DNA of 64,000 nt, taken from positions 248,001 through 312,000 of IMG/VR virus record IMGVR_UViG_3300017917_002374; one strand, 5' to 3'. The notes below the pieces were generated by a model that was given only the letters and a program-made list of their open reading frames with translations, did no database searches and was not told the origin of the DNA. Below, piece after piece: positions 10,724-18,718 of this stretch. Within the stretch, counting starts at the first letter, position 1, and every line of letters starts with the position of its first letter. Made by a program: the position numbers and the translations under genes.

Positions 10724-11461
10724 ATGCAAAAACTTAAAAAACTTTATAGATCGGAATACGCAGGCGAAACCATGACCACTAGCAGTACATGGGCAGGCAG
10801 CCAATGGGAATACACACAAGAATACATTCCCAATGCTATTACCAATCAACACATATCAAGACGTGCAGTGATAATAGGCAATGGTGCCAGCAGAAAAGAT
10901 TATGAAATAAATCTGCTCAAAAATCACCGCGCTGGAATACTAGGTGCTTTGGCTGTGCAAACCTATGGTTGTAATGCATTGTATAGAGATTTTGCTCCTA
11001 CTTTTCTTGTTAGTACTGGTACTGATATTAGCAAAGAAATAGCCAACAGTGGTTTCTGCGAAGATAACATCGTATATGCAAACGCAGAAATCGTAGCAGC
11101 GCATCCTCAAAAGTTTTATCTTGTGCCACAAGACATACACTACGATGCTGGTGCATTAGCAGTGTACCTGGCCTGCTTTGATGGACATAAACAGATTTAT
11201 TTACTAGGTTTTGACAATTGGTCTGGTGACGGCGATAACAGCAACATGTATGTTGACACCAATGCTTATGGGCCGCATGATCAAGAACCAGCACACAATT
11301 TCTGGACAACCACCTTAAAACATATTATGGAAACCTACTCTGAAGTGCAGTTCACACGAGTCATGCCCACATCAGGATGGTGGTGCCCACCTGCCTGGAA
11401 GAACTGTTTGAATTTTAGACAAATCACTTACAAAGAATTCACACTAGAAATTGATTTATAA
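10724..11461 (+). CDS. DUF115/MptE/Maf-like Rossmann-fold protein, possible glycosyltransferase
   Basis: IIGNGASR, YGCNALYRDF and GALAVYLA..DGHKQIYLLGFD motifs. Confidence 0.6.
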   Translation: MQKLKKLYRSEYAGETMTTSSTWAGSQWEYTQEYIPNAITNQHISRRAVIIGNGASRKDYEINLLKNHRAGILGALAVQTYGCNALYRDFAPTFLVSTGTDISKEIANSGFCEDNIVYANAEIVAAHPQKFYLVPQDIHYDAGALAVYLACFDGHKQIYLLGFDNWSGDGDNSNMYVDTNAYGPHDQEPAHNFWTTTLKHIMETYSEVQFTRVMPTSGWWCPPAWKNCLNFRQITYKEFTLEIDL

Positions 11462-11884
11462 AATTTTTTCTAGTGTTTTGATTTTGTTCACCACTTGGCT
11501 GAACTTGAAAGTTCTCCAAACTCCTGGGTGCAACGGTTTGGGATAATGCTCCAACGGAACCCAACAGTATCCATTGTGTTCATTGTTTAGTACAGGAATA
11601 AATTCATCAGATACAGGAATTAAAAATGTGTGATAACAAAAGTTATTGTCATCACTGGTGAATTTTTCTAACGGGATAATCTTGTAGCCACTGGCATCAA
11701 TGGATATTTCTTCTTGTATCTCTCTTATCAGTGCCTGCGATACAGTTTCGTTTGTCTCAACTCCGCCGCCAACAAGACCCCAAGAATGTTTGTGTTTTTT
11801 CTGACTGCGTAGTAAAAATAGATAACGTTTGGTAGTAATACTGTATATCAGTGCTCCGCAGCCGACTAGAGTATTATGGTCCAT
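11456..11884 (-). CDS. NUDIX hydrolase
   Basis: Nudix box GGGVETNETVSQALIREIQEEI. Confidence 0.9.
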   Translation of the reverse strand: MDHNTLVGCGALIYSITTKRYLFLLRSQKKHKHSWGLVGGGVETNETVSQALIREIQEEISIDASGYKIIPLEKFTSDDNNFCYHTFLIPVSDEFIPVLNNEHNGYCWVPLEHYPKPLHPGVWRTFKFSQVVNKIKTLEKIL

Positions 11885-13317
11885 TTACCTTCTCTGTATA
11901 TGCCTTCATAGCTTCTAACCCAACTTTCACCGTCCCAGTAAAACTGCACGTTTGTATTTAAGTTGGTCACATAGGCACCGTCAATATTGTTTTGACTGTC
12001 AAAACTCACTCGCCAACGAGTGCCATCAAATTCAATGATGTCATTGGCATTGGCATAAAAAGGAATGTCGTTAGGACTCCATGCCTTGGCAAAGTCAGTG
12101 TTGTTTATGTTGTTAATTGGTTTCAAGATCAAAAATCTTGTGCCTGTGGCTACCTTGTAGTTTCCTGTATTACTGTCTATTAACAGTTGATCCACATTGA
12201 CCTTTTGTGGATCAATGATGGCATTTACTGGATTCAGTGTGTTGGCTGGTAAAGTGTCTACAAATGGTTCAAACAAAAGTAAAGAATCGTCTACCGGATG
12301 AAATGCCACAGTGCCCACAATTTCTGTACCGTCGGGTTGTTGTAGTCGTATTTCACTAGTGCCATTTTTTAGCACACCGTACAAACTTAGGAATCCGCTC
12401 CAGCTGTCTGGCTTGCCTGATCTAGTAAGATTGAGTTCAGAAGTGTTCAACTGCTCGTTATTATCAATAATAATATTGAAAGGATCTTGTACGGGTTCGT
12501 CATATTTTATTAATTGTAGAGTGTTTCCGGTATACATGATACCATATCGCATGGGCACCCACGCTCTACGAGTGAGTAATGTTTCGGGATCCCCAAGAGC
12601 TTCTTCAGGTGTACTGACATTACTGCTGTCAAAAATAGAACTAATAACCTTTTGTACCACACCAAGTTTTTTAAGTTTTGCCGGCGGACTTATCCAAATA
12701 GGAATGTCAAACGTCATGGTTGCCACACTGATAGGATCGTCTGCGCCAATGGGCACAGTTCTACTGTCCCAACTAACGTCTGTTAAGGTCACAATGCTTA
12801 AACTGGTCCAATCAATATAGTTGTCTGTGCTTTGTATTTCAAGACTGGGATTGAACAGTGTACATAGTTGTTCTATTAACTGTAATTTTTGTTCAGTGTT
12901 ACTGGTCCAAACGTCTAGTTTTAAAGTAAGACGATATGGTACCGGCATGTGTCGTTCCACAGTGTAACTATCGCCTTGTTCGCTGGTTGGCATACCGGTG
13001 TTTGGATCAATGCGTCTTTGTCTAATATGCAATTTGCTAATATGAAACGGTTCCTGCATGCGTTCACGATCGTATTGCAGTCCAGTAATATAAACTGCCA
13101 TAGCAGGCACAGTGTTCATGGCATTTTCGCTCATGCCTTTGAGTATGTGCTGCGCTTGTCTGCTGGCATCGCCATAGAACACTGGTACTGTTTGCAAAGC
13201 CAGTTTGCCAGTGCCCGCGTCAGTTGTTCCAAACTGCACTTGAAAATTGCTGACCATTCTTATAAACTGTAACAAGAATCGTCTAATCTGCTCGTCGTAG
13301 AAAAATTGAACTGCCAT
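11866..13317 (-). CDS. Tail terminator/sheath stabiliser, T4 gp15-like, with C-terminal extension
   Basis: N-terminal FFYDEQIRRFLLQF, VPVFYGD, MPVPY.L...L...EQ....FNP pattern; located next to neck genes. Confidence 0.7.
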   Translation of the reverse strand: MAVQFFYDEQIRRFLLQFIRMVSNFQVQFGTTDAGTGKLALQTVPVFYGDASRQAQHILKGMSENAMNTVPAMAVYITGLQYDRERMQEPFHISKLHIRQRRIDPNTGMPTSEQGDSYTVERHMPVPYRLTLKLDVWTSNTEQKLQLIEQLCTLFNPSLEIQSTDNYIDWTSLSIVTLTDVSWDSRTVPIGADDPISVATMTFDIPIWISPPAKLKKLGVVQKVISSIFDSSNVSTPEEALGDPETLLTRRAWVPMRYGIMYTGNTLQLIKYDEPVQDPFNIIIDNNEQLNTSELNLTRSGKPDSWSGFLSLYGVLKNGTSEIRLQQPDGTEIVGTVAFHPVDDSLLLFEPFVDTLPANTLNPVNAIIDPQKVNVDQLLIDSNTGNYKVATGTRFLILKPINNINNTDFAKAWSPNDIPFYANANDIIEFDGTRWRVSFDSQNNIDGAYVTNLNTNVQFYWDGESWVRSYEGIYREGKWTIIL

Positions 13318-14723
13318 TAGTTATCTGCCTTTGGTGTTAGTGCCTTGCTCAAGCTCACACGTTCGGTCACCACATTGCCATTGGCATTGGTCCATGTGGT
13401 TGCGTTGTTTACAAAACCGCTTCGTTGAGTCTTGTTATCTGCGGCACCTGGTGTAAGGTTGGTTCTCACGCTGTCTTCAATTTTAACCCACTTGCTGCCA
13501 TTGTATCTAAAAAGTCTATTAGGCACAAAGTCTAACCTTAAAAAATAATCGCCTGATTTTGCATTGGCAGGGAATGCGATCCCCATGCTGATGTCAATTC
13601 CATTTGGAGCAGTACCGTCACCGGTCATGTAACCTTGTACTTTAGAATCAGGTGCAGCATTTCCGCTTGAACTGTTAAGAACTATACTCTTGCGCAGAGT
13701 TATTATTTCGCCGCTGGCAATAGTGATGTTACTGCTGAGTATGATTCCAGAATTGCCAATGATTCCGGTGACAGTTATACCAGCATTGGCAAGAATATTT
13801 GCAGAGCTAACCGTAGCGCCAACAATAGCTGCGCGAGCATTACCAACCAAGATTCTATTAGAATTGATTCTCGTACTGGATGCGATTAAATTGATAATGC
13901 TTGCACCGGACGCATCAATGTTTCCGGTGGCAACATTCTGTCCACTAGGTGCAGTCAGTTGTCCAGTAACCCCTCTAGTGACCACATATAAATTGGCATT
14001 ATTATACCCACTCTTAGGCAATTCAATTTCTGCCTGCGCAAGGATATTTTCGTTAATATCAAGATATTTTTGATAGGTACTGACCACATCACCAATGCTG
14101 GTAGCGTTGGCATTGGCAGTAAATGGATCGCTGTCGGCGGCAATTTTGTCCAGTATGTCTTTGTATTCCTGGCTGTCTACCAACGGTTGTAGTTTAACAC
14201 GCCAAAGGTGTGGATACCAAGTTGGTGAGAACCCTTCTGCTGCCCACGATGCATCAGTTACCACATAGTAGCGTTTGATTGCAAATGGCACACTTTGATC
14301 CAGTGCATGATAATCTTTAAGATGCATGAGCTCTAGTACATCACCTGCAACGATCTTTCGCCCTACAGTTTCTACCATGTCATTCAAGTGGAAGGTCATA
14401 AACTGAGTGCCAGCAGCTAAGAATATACCAAACTGACTTAGATCAAAATCCTGATCCTGCTTTTGATAAATGCCTCGCAGATTGTAGATATCTGGATCGT
14501 ATTTGCGATCACGATTTTCTAAAAACAGTAGATCTTGAATGTTTAACTCGCTCTGATTAGCATATTCAGGTTTGGTAGCATCTGTACCAGCGCCGTTTGC
14601 TGGCCCAAGATACTTGTGCAAATGAATGCCGGTACCGCCCACAGTGAACATTTCGCTGATTCTGCGATCCAGGAACTGGTAATCGTTACCTTTATTTTCA
14701 CGCCATAGGCTCAAACGTGGCAT
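13317..14723 (-). CDS. Neck/head-closure protein, T4 gp14-like
   Basis: ATG at 14723 (MPRLSLWR) after late motif GCTAAATA; DLSQFGIFL...GDVLEL pattern; synteny with gp13/gp15. Confidence 0.65.
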   Translation of the reverse strand: MPRLSLWRENKGNDYQFLDRRISEMFTVGGTGIHLHKYLGPANGAGTDATKPEYANQSELNIQDLLFLENRDRKYDPDIYNLRGIYQKQDQDFDLSQFGIFLAAGTQFMTFHLNDMVETVGRKIVAGDVLELMHLKDYHALDQSVPFAIKRYYVVTDASWAAEGFSPTWYPHLWRVKLQPLVDSQEYKDILDKIAADSDPFTANANATSIGDVVSTYQKYLDINENILAQAEIELPKSGYNNANLYVVTRGVTGQLTAPSGQNVATGNIDASGASIINLIASSTRINSNRILVGNARAAIVGATVSSANILANAGITVTGIIGNSGIILSSNITIASGEIITLRKSIVLNSSSGNAAPDSKVQGYMTGDGTAPNGIDISMGIAFPANAKSGDYFLRLDFVPNRLFRYNGSKWVKIEDSVRTNLTPGAADNKTQRSGFVNNATTWTNANGNVVTERVSLSKALTPKADN

Positions 14724-14742
14724 TTTTAAACCCTTATTATTA

Positions 14743-14748
14743 TATTTA
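14743..14748 (-). promoter_or_regulatory. Late promoter core TAAATA (minus strand)
   Basis: TATTTA on the + strand upstream of the gp14-like start. Confidence 0.65.
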
Positions 14749-14763
14749 GCTAGGGCACCCAGG

Positions 14764-14792
14764 TTGACAACATAGCCCAATTGTTTTATAAT
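14764..14792 (+). promoter_or_regulatory. Perfect sigma70 promoter (early)
   Basis: TTGACA-17 bp-TATAAT, followed by AGGAG RBS and ATG 14822. Confidence 0.9.
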
Positions 14793-14821
14793 TAACTGTT
14801 ACAATAACTTAGGAGCAAAGC

Positions 14822-16036
14822 ATGGCTACCAAAGCTGTTGCAAAAAAAGCAAATGCACCTGTTGCAAAAAAAGCAAGTGTGCCCGCTGCAAAAAAGAGCA
14901 GCGTCCGCCGCAAGCATTTACCGGACGAAAAGTACACCGGCAGCGAGCCGCAGTGGGATACAGAACTAGCACTCAAAATGACAGATGAGGAGTTTGATCA
15001 TCATCTGCGACGCAGTTTTTATTTTTACAACTATCATTATGCAGTTAAAGATCTCAAGCCCGAATTTGTTAAATGGCTGCAAGAACAAAAACATTTTGAA
15101 ATCAGCAAAGCAGATCTCAGCAAGATCATAAAAAGTCGTTGGGTGCCCATGACAGCTTGTAGTCTGGTCATGGCCCATGGCATGGGCATGCCACTGCGCG
15201 GTCGCACTCTTGAATATCTCAAAAACAGTGTACAGGAAGTGTGCCTGAAGTACGATTACTATAAAGAAGGTGACGACGAGCAGCCTGAGGTTGTAGTGCC
15301 CACAGCACCGTCCAAAGTGCCTACTATTCAAGATCGTTTGAACGAACGCACTAGCGAACTGTTAGGCGAGCTTGAAGGACACTATGATGAAGTATGCGAG
15401 GGTAAAACCACGTTTGATCATTACAAGTTTTTGGTTTCCAACAATGTGGTACAAGGGCAGTTGATCAAATACGAAACCTTGTACATGACAAGAAAGGTTG
15501 AACTGGATGCTGCCTACAATGGAGCAGATGCTGATCTAGTGGAAGCCTACAAACACTATAAAGCAGCTGATTGGAAGCGAATTTTTGCCTGGATAGACGG
15601 TCTGCTTACTGCAATTGAACAGTACCGTGGAGTTAAAAAAGCCAGTAAAAAAGCCAGAGTTAAGAAAGCTCCTAGCAAAGAAAAGCTGGTGAGCAAACTC
15701 AAGTATTGTAAAGATTTTCCTCAACTGAAAGTGGTAAGTATCAACCCTGCAGAAATAGTTGGAGCACAAGAGCTTTGGGTGTACAACACCAAGACTCGCA
15801 AGCTGGGCAAATACATAGCCAGCAACAGCGATGGCTTTGCTGTTAAAGGTACCACAATTGAAAACTTTACAGACAAGAGTGTGAGCAAGACTCTGCGCAA
15901 GCCTGAGCAACAACTGTTGGAATTTACCAAAAGTACCAAGGTACAACTGCGTAAATTTTTAGAAAGCATCAAAGCCACAGAAACCTTGCTTAACGGACGT
16001 ATTAACACTGACACTGTGCTACTGCGAGTACTGTAA
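14822..16036 (+). CDS. Early hypothetical protein (404 aa) with Lys/Ala-rich N-terminal tail
   Basis: Long ORF with strong promoter and RBS; AKK repeats at the N-terminus; function not recognised. Confidence 0.8.
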   Translation: MATKAVAKKANAPVAKKASVPAAKKSSVRRKHLPDEKYTGSEPQWDTELALKMTDEEFDHHLRRSFYFYNYHYAVKDLKPEFVKWLQEQKHFEISKADLSKIIKSRWVPMTACSLVMAHGMGMPLRGRTLEYLKNSVQEVCLKYDYYKEGDDEQPEVVVPTAPSKVPTIQDRLNERTSELLGELEGHYDEVCEGKTTFDHYKFLVSNNVVQGQLIKYETLYMTRKVELDAAYNGADADLVEAYKHYKAADWKRIFAWIDGLLTAIEQYRGVKKASKKARVKKAPSKEKLVSKLKYCKDFPQLKVVSINPAEIVGAQELWVYNTKTRKLGKYIASNSDGFAVKGTTIENFTDKSVSKTLRKPEQQLLEFTKSTKVQLRKFLESIKATETLLNGRINTDTVLLRVL

Positions 16037-16040
16037 GTCC

Positions 16041-16076
16041 AAACCCCCGTTTGCATAAATACTGCAACGGGGGTTT
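16041..16076 (+). promoter_or_regulatory. Hairpin with late promoter in its loop and RBS in its 3' arm
   Basis: AAACCCCCGT(T)TGCA-TAAATAC-TGCAACGGGGGTTT, ATG at 16080. Confidence 0.8.
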
Positions 16077-16079
16077 CTT

Positions 16080-17213
16080 ATGGCCACATTAAAGCCAGGA
16101 CTGAATTCTAAACAACACTTGATCACTGACAGCTTGGGCACACCAGGTCCAATAGCCTACGATGAAACACAGTACGACAGCGTGGCCAAAAAACGCAAAG
16201 AAATAGAAGACTACGTGCGTTTTCGTTTGGGCGATGGCATGGTTGATGTTGAACTGGATCCAGATCATTATAGAGTAGCTATTGATAGAGCTCTGCTGCG
16301 CTATCGTCAACGTGCTGGAAATGGCGAAGAAGAAAGTTATGCGTTTCTAGAACTTTTACCAGAAACACAAGAATACATTCTGCCAGAAGAAGTCATGACT
16401 GTACGACAGATATTCCGTAGAGGCATTGGTAGTGTAACAGGAACCACAGCTAGCCAATTTGAACCGTTTGCGTCCGGGTACTTAAACACATACATGTTGG
16501 TGGCTGGACGTGTGGGTGGATTGCTCAGTTACGAACTGTTTAGCCAATACCAAGAACTGGCCATGCGCATGTTTGGCGGACACATGAATTTTACTTGGAA
16601 TCCAATGAGCAAAAAGCTCACACTGATTCGCAAGATTCCCGAAACAGGTCATGTGTACAAGCGAATAAGTACTCTTACTGCCAGTGGTACCACAGTTGGA
16701 AGCACAATCACTGTTACATTCTCTGATCCTTGGGAAGAAATTGTGGTTGGTGGAACTTTGGTTATTGCCAACTGTCCGGTTACCGGATACAACAATGCCT
16801 ATGAAGTTCTTACTGTGGACAATGACAGCAAGGTGTTTACTGTGGAGGCACTGAGCAATCTTGGTTCCACTGCGGTAACAGGCAGCAATCGTGATCGCAC
16901 CAGAGCCTACAGTCCACTTACTGATGATCCTGCCGAAACAGTTTTGTTGCATATCTATAATAAGAAACCAGACAGCATGCTGTTGAATGACAGTAGAATT
17001 TTTCCATGGCTACAAGACTACGCACTGGCAGTTGCTAAAGACATGTTGGGTCAGGCTCGCGAAAAGTTTGCTACCATAGCAGGCCCACAAGGTGGTACTC
17101 AGCTGAACGGCGGCGCATTAAAAACCGAGGCTAAAGCAGAAATGGAAGCTCTTGAAGAAGAACTCAAGCGTTTTTACGATGGCAGTATGCCTTACACTTG
17201 GGTAATTGGATAA
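16080..17213 (+). CDS. Neck protein, T4 gp13-like, with inserted beta domain
   Basis: LGDGMVDVELD..HY..AID and C-terminal W...YALA..K..LG..R.KF...GP.GG.QLNG..L..EA..E...LE motifs. Confidence 0.85.
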   Translation: MATLKPGLNSKQHLITDSLGTPGPIAYDETQYDSVAKKRKEIEDYVRFRLGDGMVDVELDPDHYRVAIDRALLRYRQRAGNGEEESYAFLELLPETQEYILPEEVMTVRQIFRRGIGSVTGTTASQFEPFASGYLNTYMLVAGRVGGLLSYELFSQYQELAMRMFGGHMNFTWNPMSKKLTLIRKIPETGHVYKRISTLTASGTTVGSTITVTFSDPWEEIVVGGTLVIANCPVTGYNNAYEVLTVDNDSKVFTVEALSNLGSTAVTGSNRDRTRAYSPLTDDPAETVLLHIYNKKPDSMLLNDSRIFPWLQDYALAVAKDMLGQAREKFATIAGPQGGTQLNGGALKTEAKAEMEALEEELKRFYDGSMPYTWVIG

Positions 17214-17593
17214 TGAAGATAAGAGAAATTATTACTGAAGTACGAGCTGGTGACATACCTGACAATTTTAAACAGTCAAGTGCTGGCTTGCATACATTTA
17301 GTGATGCAGAAAGAGCCAATACAGACTACACTCACTACAGATTGGGATTGGCTTTGGCATGTGCAGATGGTAAAGGGCAGCTGATTGACATGGATCCAAA
17401 AACCTTTTATGGTAAGAAACACACTGCACATCCTTATACCAAAGAAGAAGAAGACATGCTCAAACAAAGCTACAAACTGGTTGGAGCAAACTATAAAGAC
17501 CTTAACAAAGGTAATTTGAATAGTATGGAAATAAGCGATACTAATAAAGTAAGCCCAACAGCCAAACCTAAGAAAAACAAATACGGTGTTTGA
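17213..17593 (+). CDS. Hypothetical protein (126 aa), capsid-targeting-like N-terminus
   Basis: TAATG coupling to the gp13 stop; starts MKIREIITE. Confidence 0.7.
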   Translation: MKIREIITEVRAGDIPDNFKQSSAGLHTFSDAERANTDYTHYRLGLALACADGKGQLIDMDPKTFYGKKHTAHPYTKEEEDMLKQSYKLVGANYKDLNKGNLNSMEISDTNKVSPTAKPKKNKYGV

Positions 17594-17618
17594 CCACCGA
17601 AGCAGTTTAGTTTATAAT
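17590..17618 (+). promoter_or_regulatory. sigma70-type early promoter
   Basis: TTGACC-17 bp-TATAAT upstream of dNMP kinase. Confidence 0.8.
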
Positions 17619-17639
17619 GCCCCTAAGGGGGCATTTTTT
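17616..17639 (+). terminator. Intrinsic terminator overlapping the early promoter
   Basis: AATGCCCC-TAAG-GGGGCATT followed by a T run. Confidence 0.7.
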
Positions 17640-18332
17640 ATGATCATAGGCATATCAGGATTTATTGGATCAGGCAAAGACACCGCAGCAAACTACTTGG
17701 TGGGCTTTCATGGATTTAGACGCGACAGTTTTGCAGGTGCGCTCAAGGATGCAGTTGCTACTGTGTTTGGGTGGGACAGAGAACTACTAGAAGGGCTTAC
17801 ACCTGAGAGCCGGGCCTGGCGAGAGCAAGTGGACACATGGTGGAGCAAACGGTTGGACATGCCGCATTTAACTCCTCGTTGGGTGTTACAACATTGGGGT
17901 ACTGAAGTTTGTCGTCAAGGGTTTCATGATGATATTTGGATTGCTGCACTTGAAAATCGTCTACGGCAACGTACCGGAAACACTGTGATAACAGATGTAC
18001 GTTTTCCTAACGAAATTAAAGCTATTCGTCGTGCTGGGGGTACTCTTTGCTGGGTCAAACGCGGATCCTTGCCCGAGTGGTACGAAACTGCACTGCTAGA
18101 AAATACCACACCTCTGGACAAGCAGTGGCTTCTAGAAGATGCGCATCAACTGATGCCACAAAAGTATCCTCGGGTGCATGCCAGCGAGTGGGCTTGGGTG
18201 GGTACACAATTTGACTACGAAATTGACAATAATGGCTCAGTTGAACAACTGTATGATCAACTTAAAAGTTTGGTTAATCCTCAGCGGCCCGCCACGGTAA
18301 ACGCTCTAGATATAATACTTTCTGGCAGTTAA
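17640..18332 (+). CDS. Deoxynucleoside monophosphate kinase (T4 gp1-like)
   Basis: MIIGISGFIGSGKDT P-loop, SFAGALKD, TPRWVLQHWGTEVCR, ITDVRFPNE, HASE motifs. Confidence 0.92.
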   Translation: MIIGISGFIGSGKDTAANYLVGFHGFRRDSFAGALKDAVATVFGWDRELLEGLTPESRAWREQVDTWWSKRLDMPHLTPRWVLQHWGTEVCRQGFHDDIWIAALENRLRQRTGNTVITDVRFPNEIKAIRRAGGTLCWVKRGSLPEWYETALLENTTPLDKQWLLEDAHQLMPQKYPRVHASEWAWVGTQFDYEIDNNGSVEQLYDQLKSLVNPQRPATVNALDIILSGS

Positions 18333-18615
18333 GACACACTGTTCTTAGATTTACTCTATCTACATTTTTTAAATTACCGTCCACATGATAAACATGCAAC
18401 TGTTGATCAGGTAATTTAGCCACAAAGCCGCAATGATCGCATGCGGCTTTTTTTCTATATCCGGCACGATACCAAGCAGGTCGTTTTGCTGGTACTTTTT
18501 TACCCTTTCTAATACAAGTGTCACACCGACTTCGGAAATGTGTGATTCCTTCTGAAATATAGTTGATTGCAACAGGACGATCGTTGCAAGCAGGGCATAA
18601 ACTTCTAATAGACAT
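18274..18615 (-). CDS. Zn-finger/HNH-like small protein
   Basis: CxxC pairs plus HVDGNLKN....NLRTVCLNC; TATAAATA immediately upstream. Confidence 0.7.
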   Translation of the reverse strand: MSIRSLCPACNDRPVAINYISEGITHFRSRCDTCIRKGKKVPAKRPAWYRAGYRKKAACDHCGFVAKLPDQQLHVYHVDGNLKNVDRVNLRTVCLNCQKVLYLERLPWRAAED

Positions 18616-18718
18616 ACGGTATTTATATACTAAACCTTTGCAAAGGGCAGTCTAGCAGCCCAAAAATGTCAGTTCCAAATAAATATCTATAACATGATTT
18701 TTGTCAAAGGAAAATAAC

